Virus record (IMG/VR): IMGVR_UViG_3300019132_000039
DNA from: an uncultured virus (IMG/VR IMGVR_UViG_3300019132_000039)
Taxonomy: Duplodnaviria; Heunggongvirae; Uroviricota; Caudoviricetes
Length of the DNA stretch: 64,000 bases
Strand: one strand, 5' to 3'
Numbering within the stretch: position 1 is the stretch's first letter; every line of letters starts with the position of its first letter. The position numbers were made by a program, and so were the translations under genes. Positions 51,892 through 62,408 of the stretch are shown one piece after another. The notes below the pieces were generated by a model. That model made no database searches, was not told the origin of the DNA, and was given only the letters and a program-made list of their open reading frames with translations.

Positions 51892-52934
51892 AGGATTTTC
51901 GAACACACAAGAAATACAAAGATGGCGTTTTTAAAACAAAGCAAGAAATCGAACAAGAGTTACATCAAAAAGGCATTGAGCATATTTATTATGTTCTTTC
52001 TTTTGGAGGCGGCACACAATCCGCTCATCTATTAGAAGAACATTTGCAAGGAAAACGTCACTATGATTTTATTATTTTCTCAGATACTGGAGCAGAACCT
52101 CAATTTATTCATGATCAAATTGAATGGTGGAAACGCCGACAAACTCAATATCAAAACACGACTCCTTTTATTATTACTCACCATCAAAGTATGGAAAAAG
52201 GATTAGAGGAAATGCTGATGCGGTATATTCATACCGACTATCAGCGTTTCCAAATGCCTTTGTATTTTAATCGAATTGATGAATATGGTCATGAACAAAA
52301 AGCCGGCATAATGCCAAGACAATGTACGGTGGATTTTAAAATCATTCCTGTAAAACAAACAGCAAGACGATTGGTGATGGAAAAACACGGATTATCTCCT
52401 CATCAAAGAATGCCATCTCATATTGCTTTTATTATCGATATTGGATTTAGTTATGATGAAATTCATCGGATTAGTACGTACCGATCTCCACAATATAAAT
52501 ATATGTATCTATCCTATCCATTAGTGGAGCAACATGTTTCTACACAAGAAAGTATTGATTTTTTATTGGCACATAACATGCCATCTAAACGTTCTCGATG
52601 TTACTTGTGCCCGTTTAATTGTGATATAGAAGGAATGAGTTGGACAGAAATCATAGAACAAGAACCCTTGTCGTTTTTAAAAGCTTGCTATTTTGATGAA
52701 GAACTCCGGAAAGCACAGCGTTCCGGCAATAAGTCTATGAAAAGTGTTCCTTATTTCCATTACACAAGAAGACCTTTAAAAGAGGTGTATCAGAAAGAAT
52801 ATGAACAACTTCAACAAGTTTATCAAGGTGAATTTCAACAATGGCTAGATACTTGGATGATGGATTTAGAACACAAGTATAGAAAAACAACAAGCGAACA
52901 TAAAGGAGTGAATTTGGATGCTTGCCATTCATGA
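51888..52934 (+). CDS. PAPS reductase/PP-loop family protein
   Basis: VLSFGGGTQS, SDTGAE, RQCT.DFKI.P, GFSYDE, YPL, SRCYLCPF. Confidence 0.8.
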   Translation: MKDFRTHKKYKDGVFKTKQEIEQELHQKGIEHIYYVLSFGGGTQSAHLLEEHLQGKRHYDFIIFSDTGAEPQFIHDQIEWWKRRQTQYQNTTPFIITHHQSMEKGLEEMLMRYIHTDYQRFQMPLYFNRIDEYGHEQKAGIMPRQCTVDFKIIPVKQTARRLVMEKHGLSPHQRMPSHIAFIIDIGFSYDEIHRISTYRSPQYKYMYLSYPLVEQHVSTQESIDFLLAHNMPSKRSRCYLCPFNCDIEGMSWTEIIEQEPLSFLKACYFDEELRKAQRSGNKSMKSVPYFHYTRRPLKEVYQKEYEQLQQVYQGEFQQWLDTWMMDLEHKYRKTTSEHKGVNLDACHS

Positions 52935-53590
52935 GTTTGAAGAAAGAAAAGTGGAAACGCTTTTGAAATATGGTTGTCCGAAAGAGGACTTGTGGCTTAC
53001 AGAATGTACAACAACGAAATCAGCTTATCATTTATATGGCAATATTGTTTTAGAGCTGAATCCTAAAGATAAGCCATATTGTGTGTATTATCATGAAAGC
53101 GGCGAGATTCATGCATTTGCTGCATTTGAAACAGAAAAAGAATTTCAGGAAGCCTGTCAATATATTGCTAATTACTTAAAACCATAAAGGAGGATTAACT
53201 ATGGGGAAATATTACATCACTAAATATTATATTTCATATGATTCAGCAGAAGTAGAGGCTGATTCGGTCGATGAAGCCATCAATAAGCTTTTAGATGGAG
53301 ACTATGAGCTTGTTGGCCCAGATGGTATTCTAGAGCATTACAATTTAATAGGTATATCCTTTGATGATCTTCGAGCTAAAGGAGTAACAGAAAAGACAAT
53401 CGAACGAATTATGATTGAATACAATGATGAGGAAGCCAATAATAAGGGCTACTTTGGTGGCATTGGTGATATCACCTAACAAGCAGGAAAAGGCTTGTAT
53501 AATTTAGAAAAAATATATAATATGATAAGTAATAATGCGGATAAAGGGGGAATATATATGTTCCAACAAGTTTTAATATTGGAGGATGAA

Positions 53591-53701
53591 ATGAAAAAAG
53601 GAACTAGCAAATCCAATGAAAAGGATGCGAAACTCCAAAAAATTGCCGCCAAAGTCATCCGCAGAAATTACAAAGGGTTAAAGAGGTTGAGTAAAAATTG
53701 A
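53591..53701 (+). CDS. Small Phd-like antitoxin (probable)
   Basis: 36 aa, KVIRRNYKGLKRLS tail, overlaps the doc-like start. Confidence 0.6.
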   Translation: MKKGTSKSNEKDAKLQKIAAKVIRRNYKGLKRLSKN

Positions 53702-54288
53702 ACATTGAATCTTTAGAGCCCAAACATATTCGAATGTTTCATGACATGGCTCTACAAGAGTTTGGTGGGTTGCCTGGTGAGTATGAACCAGGTCTTATTG
53801 ATAGTCTGGCATATAAACCGTTTCAAACTTATGATTTTGGTGGGCATACGTATGAACCATATCCAGGTTTATTTACCAAAGCTGCAGTATATATGCATAC
53901 TCTAGCCACAAGTCAGTACTTTGTGGATGGAAACAAACGTACAGCATATATTACTGCAGCCACTTTTTTGGAATTTAACGGATATGTGGTCGTAATATCA
54001 GATTGGGAATTATACTTTGTTTCAAAATTGGTTGCAAATAAAAAGTGGAGTCTGGAAAAATTGGCTGATTGGTTAGAAAGAAACAGCGTTCCTGAATCTC
54101 AATATATAGAAGGAATGGAACCAAGCAAGGAAACCTTGATACCATTGTATAAAGAATACATAGACTTGTTAAATGAATTAGAGATTCAGGAAATTTTAAC
54201 AGAAAAAGAAATGGAAGAACGAAAAGAACTCCAAAAATTATTGGACGATATGCAAAAAGGATACAAAAAGGATAAAGGAGTAAAATGA
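53698..54288 (+). CDS. Doc/Fic-family toxin
   Basis: FGGLPG, KAA.Y, QYFVDGNKRTA, FLEFNG. Confidence 0.85.
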   Translation: MNIESLEPKHIRMFHDMALQEFGGLPGEYEPGLIDSLAYKPFQTYDFGGHTYEPYPGLFTKAAVYMHTLATSQYFVDGNKRTAYITAATFLEFNGYVVVISDWELYFVSKLVANKKWSLEKLADWLERNSVPESQYIEGMEPSKETLIPLYKEYIDLLNELEIQEILTEKEMEERKELQKLLDDMQKGYKKDKGVK

Positions 54289-54840
54289 TGAAGGTTAGAG
54301 TCATCGCAAGTAAACCTGACACACAACGTATTGCTGTCGCACAATTGTCGATTGAACATTTAATCGGAAAGATCTATGAAGTAAAATACTATGATAAAGA
54401 AGATCAATCGGTTACGGTTTATGAAGAATCATTTGGCGGTGACATAGTATTAAATAAAGATGAGTATGAATTGGTGAAAGCTAATTAATGGCTTTCACTT
54501 TTTCTTTTCTGTCTCAAAAACACAAGAATACTTAATAAAATGAGACAATAAATCTTTTTAATCATTAACTTCCGATAATTTATCTTATGTTAACTAACAA
54601 TGAAATCCGGCATACAGGAGGATTTACTGTGGCAAAACGAAAAGCTCACCTTGTCTTTTATTTAGATCATCACGGTTCGATATTTCTAGATAGTGTTCAT
54701 GGTCAGTATTGGAAAGCTGTTTATCGTAAGGAAGAATTGGAAAGCTATAAATGGGTTCGAAAATCGTGGCTCTCCTCCCCTGATATGAATGAAACAGATT
54801 TAGAGATTTGTATTACCAAACATCTATCTGAGGTGTAATC

Positions 54841-56133
54841 ATGAAAAAATCATATGGTCGATTGGAATCGGAACGTCGTGGCCAAGAGTTCTGTGCTTCC
54901 CTTTCCCCAGAACAATGGCTGGAGATTCAACGAAAATTATTAGAACTTCAATACTCTCCTCTTTGGACAGAACCACCCCAAGATGTGAAAGATTCGTACC
55001 GGTTTGGCTGGATGCGTGGAATGGGCTTGATGATTGAAACCATGCTGTATGGTCGTTGGTATGCGTGGCTTTCTATCTTGGCCAAAGGATCTTACCAAGA
55101 TGGAGATATGCCGAAAAATCCGGTTCGGTCTTCGCCCATCATGAATACTCCTGCTTATAAAATGTTAACCAAATGCATGGATCGAGTATATCATCGGGGA
55201 TATCGGATTACGGATTTTATTGAATGGATTGGTTATGCATTAGGCATTAGCTATTGCAAACGTCCTTCGATTCCAGATTCTCTTTGGGAAGAGTTGTATC
55301 GGGAATTCAGTTTGGATTTATTATTTTTAGAGCCCACGGATGTATTGTCTACTTTTGTGGCTGAACATGGCCAAAAGGGACATTTGGATTATTTTCCAAC
55401 TCCTATTCAAGTAACAGAAGCTATCAATATGATGCTAAATTCTTCTCCTACGGATAGTCAGTTTGAACCTTGTATTGGTGGTGCTGCTATGGTGCTGCCA
55501 TCCAATTGCTTAAATTTAGTAGGTGCTGATTTAAGTTTAACGATGGTAAAAGTGGCTTGTATTCAAGCCTTTTTATTTTTGCCTTCTCTTTTATATGTGC
55601 CAAAACCGATTATGGGATTGCATATTAACCCAGAAACAAAAACCATTCACCGATATTTTGAGTTTAATACGGATACTCGTATTTATTGGGGAAATTCACT
55701 ATTGGGAGAATACCGAGCACCTATCCGGATTTTCGAAGAAGAAAGTAAACAAATAGATATTTTTGTTCATCCAGTAGATTTGCGAAAACGTGAGATTTTT
55801 CAATATGAGGAGGATTTGCATCAACCGTGGAATTCTCTTTCGGATGATCGAAAAATTCAAATTATAAAAGCCCATGCTAGAGAGATCAAGTTTGAATGTA
55901 TTACAACCAATCCACCGTTTAATGCGAAATTAAGTCGCTCTGAAGCTGAAATCATTCGTCAGCTTGTAGAAAGCAATCAAAAATTTTTAGAAGAACGACA
56001 GCAGCGATTAGCCTCTTATCGTATTTCGTCTCATCATGTATGCGAAACAGCAGTGTATGAGGTGGAACTCAAAATGGCAGAATTCAAAAGTCGTAAAGTA
56101 ATTGAAGGGCAAATGGAATTTTCGCTGTTCTAA
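54841..56133 (+). CDS. N6-adenine DNA methyltransferase-like protein
   Basis: YFPTP, FEPCIG, GADL, GNSL, TNPPFN. Confidence 0.75.
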   Translation: MKKSYGRLESERRGQEFCASLSPEQWLEIQRKLLELQYSPLWTEPPQDVKDSYRFGWMRGMGLMIETMLYGRWYAWLSILAKGSYQDGDMPKNPVRSSPIMNTPAYKMLTKCMDRVYHRGYRITDFIEWIGYALGISYCKRPSIPDSLWEELYREFSLDLLFLEPTDVLSTFVAEHGQKGHLDYFPTPIQVTEAINMMLNSSPTDSQFEPCIGGAAMVLPSNCLNLVGADLSLTMVKVACIQAFLFLPSLLYVPKPIMGLHINPETKTIHRYFEFNTDTRIYWGNSLLGEYRAPIRIFEEESKQIDIFVHPVDLRKREIFQYEEDLHQPWNSLSDDRKIQIIKAHAREIKFECITTNPPFNAKLSRSEAEIIRQLVESNQKFLEERQQRLASYRISSHHVCETAVYEVELKMAEFKSRKVIEGQMEFSLF

Positions 56134-56290
56134 TTTTTCTAGACGAATCGCTTAGGATTGGATATAATGATGCTGTCTCTTTTATTATCTTCCAACCTAG
56201 TTATTTTATAACTTTGTATTCACCAAACTTTGAGACCTTTGCTTTTAAGGCATAGGTCTTCTTTTTACTTGATTTAGTAGGAGGAATAAG

Positions 56291-56515
56291 ATGAGTCTCA
56301 GCACAATTTTATTCTTTATCTTAGTCATAGCTTTTTGGAAGTTACATATGATGCATGGGTGGAAAGGTTTGATTCCAAATATTCTGGGCACTATGTTTTT
56401 GTGCTCAGCCATTGGTTCATTTTTTGATCCGAATGCTACATTAGGTAGTTTTTTGGTCGGTTTAGCCCTTTCAGCTCTTTTCTATGCCATTCCACGATTC
56501 ATGTTAAAAAAATAA
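56291..56515 (+). CDS. Small membrane protein
   Basis: 74 aa with three hydrophobic segments, GGAGG RBS. Confidence 0.65.
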   Translation: MSLSTILFFILVIAFWKLHMMHGWKGLIPNILGTMFLCSAIGSFFDPNATLGSFLVGLALSALFYAIPRFMLKK

Positions 56516-56724
56516 GTATCCAATCACGAAGCAGATGCATTGTCGCATTTGCTTTTTTTGTCTCCATTTCTTCTTCTTATGAATTTCCCTTGCACTCTCA
56601 TTTCGACTGTGCATTTAGAACATAGTTCTAACTGCAATGTCTTTTATCAGAGAAAAGGTAGACAAGGGATATTCATTAAAAAACTTCTTCAAATTGACTT
56701 TCTTCTTCTTAGTATTTATTCGGA

Positions 56725-56964
56725 TGCAGATTTTTCAGTCGTTCCCCGCAGATTTTTCATCCTTTCCCTGAAAAAATTACACCCCCGTAAAATTTTCACC
56801 CTCCCCTCTTGTGTATAAATCCCCCTGCAAATTTTTCACCCCCTAAATATCCCCCTGTAAAATTTTCACCCCCTAGATATCCCCCTGCAATTTTTTCACC
56901 CGGTTTCCCCCCTGTAAAATTTTCATCCCCTTTTATACACATATCCACAGATTTTTGTGGATAG
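56725..56964. repeat. Replication origin: about 8 iterons plus DnaA boxes
   Basis: CCC(C/T)GYAAAWTTTTCAYCC repeats (30-bp period at 56821/56851/56881); DnaA-like boxes at 56810, 56933, 56941, 56956. Confidence 0.8.
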
Positions 56965-57002
56965 AAAATAGCATAAAAAAATAGCCCGCTAATGCGGGCT
57001 AA

Positions 57003-57554
57003 TCACTCATAGTCAGGAATTCGTTCTTCGTGTAAAATCTTTTTAAACTTTATGTAATCCATAAATCGGTCATGTTCTCTTTGTAACTTCTTCGGCAACT
57101 TCTCATACTTCTCCCTAGGAAGAAACGGAGTCGTTGTTGATAGCAAATATAAATTACTTAGCTGCCGGTTGCTTTGTGCTTCAAACCGTTCTAATACAAT
57201 TACGAATCCCAGATCCACCAAATGATCAATGTAATTTTGTACAGTTCGTTCACTAATACCCAGAATCATGGCTAAATACGGAACAGATGGAAATGCATGA
57301 TCTTTATCCCCATATGCCATTTTCTGCAATTGAACGTAAACCGCAAATGGCCCTGGCTTCATAAACGGCATCCAGAACGTAGCAACGTAGTTACTGATCC
57401 ATGTCTTTTTACCGTTTAACTCAGGAATGTTGTTGGGGGAATTGAGTGTTATTTTTTCTAGTTCTTCTTCACTCAATCTCCGAGTCTTTCCTGTTGGCAG
57501 TTGCACGTAGTAAATGACATTCGGATCAAAGATATTCAGTTTTTCGTGTTCCAT
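57003..57554 (-). CDS. HTH replication initiator-like protein
   Basis: FAVYVQL...AFPSVPYLAMILGISERTVQNYIDHLVDLGFV...SNLY; adjacent to the iterons. Confidence 0.7.
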   Translation of the reverse strand: MEHEKLNIFDPNVIYYVQLPTGKTRRLSEEELEKITLNSPNNIPELNGKKTWISNYVATFWMPFMKPGPFAVYVQLQKMAYGDKDHAFPSVPYLAMILGISERTVQNYIDHLVDLGFVIVLERFEAQSNRQLSNLYLLSTTTPFLPREKYEKLPKKLQREHDRFMDYIKFKKILHEERIPDYE

Positions 57555-57768
57555 TCGAAAAAAATCTCCTTTCCTTTTTGACAGGGAAAGGAATACGCAT
57601 TATAATAAAGATAGTTGAATATTGTATATGCGCATATTACCTTTCGAACCCTTTACCCCCTAAGTAAAGGGTTTTTTCCTGTCTATTTTTGTAGAATTTT
57701 GTTTTTTCTCTCTCTTTTCATAGTATCATAGTTTTGCTATTCTGTAAAATACCACAAAAAAGTGGAGA

Positions 57769-60075
57769 TTATTGTCTCCACTTTTCCAATTCCTCTTCTG
57801 GTGCAATTAATTGGTATCCTTGCTGTTTGGATTCTGGCTTTTGCAGCCACCCTTCTTCTGCGAGTTCCCTCATCAAATCATTCAATCGATTGATGTTAAT
57901 TTTCATCATTTCCCTTAGTTGTGATACCCTTGTTTCCCCTGTTTGAGCAATAATGCGTTTAAGTCGGTCTATTTCTGTCTCTGTTTCTTCTATATGCACT
58001 TCTTCTGTTTCCTCTAATTCTGGTAAATCTACTCCTTCATAGTCGTCCATATGACTTGCGATTTGTGCAATCAACTGACTTTCAAGCCCTTCGTTTTTGG
58101 GATCATCGATAATCAGACATCCCTGAAAGCGAATATGCTCCTCTATTTGCCCCTCAAAGCTCATGACCCCATCCCCGTTTCCTAATAGGTTAAAAGGTGG
58201 TTTCGTATTTAAAAATGTTAGATAACTGTTTCCATTAGAGCAACGGAAACCGATTTTCCCCGGCATGTTGGACTTAATAATTCCTGGGATTACTTCAACT
58301 CGTGGATCTTGGGTTGCAATAATCAAGTGGATGCCAGCAGCCCTTGCGAGTTGTGCCATACTTTGAACGAGTTCATGTATACTATCCGTTCGTAATGCTA
58401 ATTCCGCATATTCATCAATAATGCACACAATATAAGGGAGCTTTTGATGAGGATGTTTTCTATTATACAAGGCAATGTTTTTTACTCCTGTTTCACTAAA
58501 TAATTGATAACGTCTGTCCATCTCTTTTTGGATTTTCCTAAGTAGGTGAATAGCTTTGTTCGCATCTGTGATGACTTCTCGCACATGAGGGAAATCTTGA
58601 AAGCAGGTGAGTTCCACTTGTTTTAGATCAATCATATAAAATTGAAGTTCATCGGGTTTGCGAATTAATAACAAGGTAAGAATAAGTTGATTCATCCACA
58701 CGCTTTTGCCGGATCCGGTTGTTCCTGCTACAAGAATATGACGAATTTCACTTAGACAACGAAAAATGGAGCGTCCTATTTCGTCCACCCCTACAAAGAA
58801 TGGAAGTGGATGTTGTCCGGCAAACTCCATAAATTCAGAGGTATCCACATAATCTCGTAAAAAGATTTTTTGCCTTTTTTCTTGTGGCAACATAATATCG
58901 AATTCTCCCGTATCCTCCCCTTGTAAGATCTGTAGATGTTTGACTCCCATATGAGTCTGAATATCCTCAATCATATTTTTCTTTGTTATATCCGAAAGAC
59001 GCATCCCCTTCGGTAAATCAAAGGTGATTTTCATCATGATTGGCCCACATTGAACTCGTTTAGCAACAATTTCTTCTTTAATTACCTTTAACTCTTGGAG
59101 AGCGTAAACAAATTTTTGAGCTATTTGACTCCCATCGACTTGTTGAATTTTCTTGCCTATCGGCAGGAGATCGAATGGATTTTTTACCTTTGTTTTTGTT
59201 ACCTTTTTTATGGCCGGTTTTTCAATGTACACTACATGTTCGGACATCAGAAATGGCAGCAATTCGGATACACATAAGACTTGTTGCTTTCCTACATTAT
59301 CGAGCTTGCGTTTTTGGATATTCTGAATAATATCGTCAAACGCAAAAAAGGTATTCACTTTCCATTCATTGATATACTCCATGGTTCGTAAAATTTGTTG
59401 TATTTCATGTATTAGTTTTCTTCGCCTCGCTCGATTACCGCCATAAAGAATGAGCCGAATACTATATCGAAATCCATTTTCTTTTAGTTTCTGTTCCACT
59501 TCAGGAATAGGGGCATATTTGAACTCCCATTGCAAGAGATGATCTAAGGAGTGATTAATTCGATTTTGAATACTGCGTACCCATTTTTGATCAGCGGGAG
59601 ATTGGATTCCACTTAGATACAGTTGATATTGCTCCTTGATTCGTTCTTTCCATCGGTCTTGTCGGTATGCAAGTACAATTTGATAAATAATTCCGATATC
59701 ATCAGCTGCAAATTGCCGAACCTGTTCCCAAAAAGACTGAGTATATTCAATGGAGAGAGGAAACAATGAGGATTTACTCGTATATAGTTGCATGATGGTG
59801 ATTTGTTTTTTATAGGTTTCAAGATTTTCAAAAACAGCGTCTCGGTCTGCGAGGTTCCATTCCACTTTATAGTAAGGCGGAGCAAAAAAAATAAGACTTT
59901 CATGGTCTTTTGTTTGGTGGGCTTCTAGGCCAAAGACCCCTCCCCCCGCTAAGGGAGCGGAGAGAAGGGCTTTTGCTTCTGCTCGTGATAAAGAAGGCAA
60001 ATGATAAGATACGTCTTTTTCGTTTTGAATTAAACTAGGTTGAAAGAGTCGTTTAAAATTTCCGAGTGGCACCAT
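57769..60075 (-). CDS. FtsK/SpoIIIE-family DNA translocase
   Basis: HILVAGTTGSGKS, IDLKQVEL, IIDEYAEL, ARAAGIHLIIATQ, LLGNGD. Confidence 0.92.
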   Translation of the reverse strand: MVPLGNFKRLFQPSLIQNEKDVSYHLPSLSRAEAKALLSAPLAGGGVFGLEAHQTKDHESLIFFAPPYYKVEWNLADRDAVFENLETYKKQITIMQLYTSKSSLFPLSIEYTQSFWEQVRQFAADDIGIIYQIVLAYRQDRWKERIKEQYQLYLSGIQSPADQKWVRSIQNRINHSLDHLLQWEFKYAPIPEVEQKLKENGFRYSIRLILYGGNRARRRKLIHEIQQILRTMEYINEWKVNTFFAFDDIIQNIQKRKLDNVGKQQVLCVSELLPFLMSEHVVYIEKPAIKKVTKTKVKNPFDLLPIGKKIQQVDGSQIAQKFVYALQELKVIKEEIVAKRVQCGPIMMKITFDLPKGMRLSDITKKNMIEDIQTHMGVKHLQILQGEDTGEFDIMLPQEKRQKIFLRDYVDTSEFMEFAGQHPLPFFVGVDEIGRSIFRCLSEIRHILVAGTTGSGKSVWMNQLILTLLLIRKPDELQFYMIDLKQVELTCFQDFPHVREVITDANKAIHLLRKIQKEMDRRYQLFSETGVKNIALYNRKHPHQKLPYIVCIIDEYAELALRTDSIHELVQSMAQLARAAGIHLIIATQDPRVEVIPGIIKSNMPGKIGFRCSNGNSYLTFLNTKPPFNLLGNGDGVMSFEGQIEEHIRFQGCLIIDDPKNEGLESQLIAQIASHMDDYEGVDLPELEETEEVHIEETETEIDRLKRIIAQTGETRVSQLREMMKININRLNDLMRELAEEGWLQKPESKQQGYQLIAPEEELEKWRQ

Positions 60076-60170
60076 GCTTCACCTCTTTTAAAATAGTAGG
60101 TGCTAACATTAACAGCACCATAGTGTTGGTCATAATCATAATGGTTCCAGCCACTAATAATACTTCCATT

Positions 60171-61250
60171 CTATTTTGTGCCTCCTCTTGAAGTAGATGA
60201 TTTTTTAAATAATTGGAATCCTTTTCGTAGAAGTGGATGTGGTGTGATAGCATCTCCAGCTCCTTTCCACATTCCTTTAATGTCCGTTCCTGTATCCAAG
60301 TAGCGGCGTAAAATGGCAGGTGGTTGGCTCATGCGCCATAATCCTCCTATGACAATTCCCATTTTAATCAAAAGTTCTCCTTCATCATCGGGCGGCTTAG
60401 CTCCAAACATTAACCCTCCAATAAGTAAAAGAAAAACCGCATACACTAATTGAACAAGTGAACATTTTTTTAAATGCTCCCACCATATGCGAAAATAATG
60501 CTCATAAGATTTAAACATCCAACAAGATAGTGCAATTGGAGTTATAGCCCCTAATGCTAAAATATCAAACCACCGTCGAAAGTTTTGCAGAAAAATAGGA
60601 ATCATCATACCAATTAAAGCAATATCAAAACCAATAAAAGCAAGAAACTCATAAAAGGCAGCTTCACTAAATTCCATTGATTTTAAACCCTCATTCATTT
60701 GGGCTCTGGTGATGCTGATAATCATTTCTGTCAATTCATTTAAGATCGAAAAGATGGTTTGAAATCCTAAAGGTGCAAGTCCGGCTCCTAAAATTACAAG
60801 TGGAAATCGCCATGAGATGCGATCCATTTTGGTGTGATTTTTGTTTAGGATTCGTTTTATGCCCTCAAACATGGTAAGAACAGATGACATTGCCACTGAC
60901 AGTCCAGTAAACATAAGAATGTTATTGGAAAACCACTCTGATTTAAAAAAGATAACAGGTGTAAACAAGACCACGTTTGTAATTGCTTCAAAACTCCATG
61001 TCATGAAATCCACTGAAACTTGTAAGATATTTTCACGGAAATGTTTGAACCATTCAATGACATTCACAACATGGTTGGCGATGATGTCCCATTTGTTTAG
61101 TGTTTCTTCAGCTCCCGGAATAAAATGAATAGGATTGAACCATGTATGTGCCGATGCAGTTTGTGGAACGGCATTTAGAGATAAGACAGAAAACGGTACT
61201 CCCACTCTTAAAAGAAGATGTCTAAGCCGGGAACATTGCGGAATATGAGT
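60171..61250 (-). CDS. Polytopic membrane protein, VirB6/TrbL-like (start uncertain)
   Basis: Multiple TM segments, RRWFD..ALGAITPIAL...WW; the ORF-track 5' extension overlaps the upstream gene. Confidence 0.55.
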   Translation of the reverse strand, partial: THIPQCSRLRHLLLRVGVPFSVLSLNAVPQTASAHTWFNPIHFIPGAEETLNKWDIIANHVVNVIEWFKHFRENILQVSVDFMTWSFEAITNVVLFTPVIFFKSEWFSNNILMFTGLSVAMSSVLTMFEGIKRILNKNHTKMDRISWRFPLVILGAGLAPLGFQTIFSILNELTEMIISITRAQMNEGLKSMEFSEAAFYEFLAFIGFDIALIGMMIPIFLQNFRRWFDILALGAITPIALSCWMFKSYEHYFRIWWEHLKKCSLVQLVYAVFLLLIGGLMFGAKPPDDEGELLIKMGIVIGGLWRMSQPPAILRRYLDTGTDIKGMWKGAGDAITPHPLLRKGFQLFKKSSTSRGGTK

Positions 61251-61759
61251 CCGGCTAAAGTTGTTAACAGTAGAATAATGGCTGGACCCACTAATACTTG
61301 CCCGAGTCCTTTGATGATGTTGACAGACCATGTTCGTGCTTTGTCCACTTGTCCGATCATGGCATACGTTCCTGCGATCATGAAGCATAGCATGGCGAAA
61401 GCGACTGCGAGAATCCCGCACCCGATAATCATCTGAATAAGAAGATTCACAATCTCGCTTGGAAGAATATCTAATTCGTATGCCTTCTCGAGAATCGGAA
61501 ATTGGATTCTCTCCTCGGCGTGGGCTTCGGTGGTAACAACGAGAGAACTGAGTCCGATTTGTGCGGCTGTCAATAGTTGAAATATTTTTCTTTGCGTAAT
61601 GAGGGGGTACTGTTTCACCTCCTTTGCCGCTGCTTGAATAAAAGGTGTATAATAATCATCCTTATCGATGGTTGCAGATTTCTTTGATTCTGATACAACA
61701 ACTTGAATCAGTCGATTATCGTACGTTCTTGCTTGACAACGGACTACTAGATCTGTCAT
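61208..61759 (-). CDS. Membrane protein, pilin/VirB2-like C-terminus
   Basis: Two hydrophobic helices flanking KARTW..IIKG. Confidence 0.55.
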   Translation of the reverse strand: MTDLVVRCQARTYDNRLIQVVVSESKKSATIDKDDYYTPFIQAAAKEVKQYPLITQRKIFQLLTAAQIGLSSLVVTTEAHAEERIQFPILEKAYELDILPSEIVNLLIQMIIGCGILAVAFAMLCFMIAGTYAMIGQVDKARTWSVNIIKGLGQVLVGPAIILLLTTLAGLIFRNVPGLDIFF

Positions 61760-62408
61760 TTTTCTTCCCTCCTACGTTGTGATACCAGCTGATGGCGGAA
61801 GCTGTGCCTATAAAACCAGCTAAAACAACACCAATCTGACCTACCAAGAGAACGATGCCTTCCATTTTTGTATTCCTCCGTTTTTGTCGTATGAAATGCA
61901 TTACAGTTGTGTATTATATATATAGAGAGGTGTAGCCCGTCTTATGACAATGGAGGTGAAACTTTTATGGGTTTCTCATCATGGCTGTTTACGCCAGAAC
62001 CTGAGTGGAAACAAAAACTGGAGACTTGTGACCCACTTTTATTTGAAGAATTAGAAGAAATAGGGATAAAAAAAGAAGATGTTATTGACATATTGGAAAA
62101 ATTAGATAAATATAATATATTGTGACAGTAATGACAACCCTAAAACTAAAAAAGAAACCCCCTACCAATTAAGGTGGGGGGTTTCTTAATTATCCTTATT
62201 TTCTTTGCAAGGATATAACCAATATAGTAAGGCCAAATCCAGTAAGCATAATATTCCAATGACGCTACATATCCATGCGACCAGTGTGTACTCTTGTTGC
62301 CGATACCACTCTAGAATAATCATGAAGAGAAAAAAGGTCAATTCCATTATAAGGTAATGTTTACGATGCTGTTTAAAATGCTTCATTATTTTCATCAGAA
62401 ACTCCTCT

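Noticed and set aside
56540..56818. 92-aa ORF
   Set aside because: It runs into the iterons, has no RBS and has low-complexity composition
56725..56930. CRISPR array
   Set aside because: Spacers are only a few nt and similar to each other; adjacent DnaA boxes and an HTH gene indicate iterons; no cas genes seen
61190..61421. Programmed frameshift joining the pilin-like and VirB6-like ORFs
   Set aside because: The frames overlap, but C_TTC_TTT is not a convincing slippery site; the start remains unresolved
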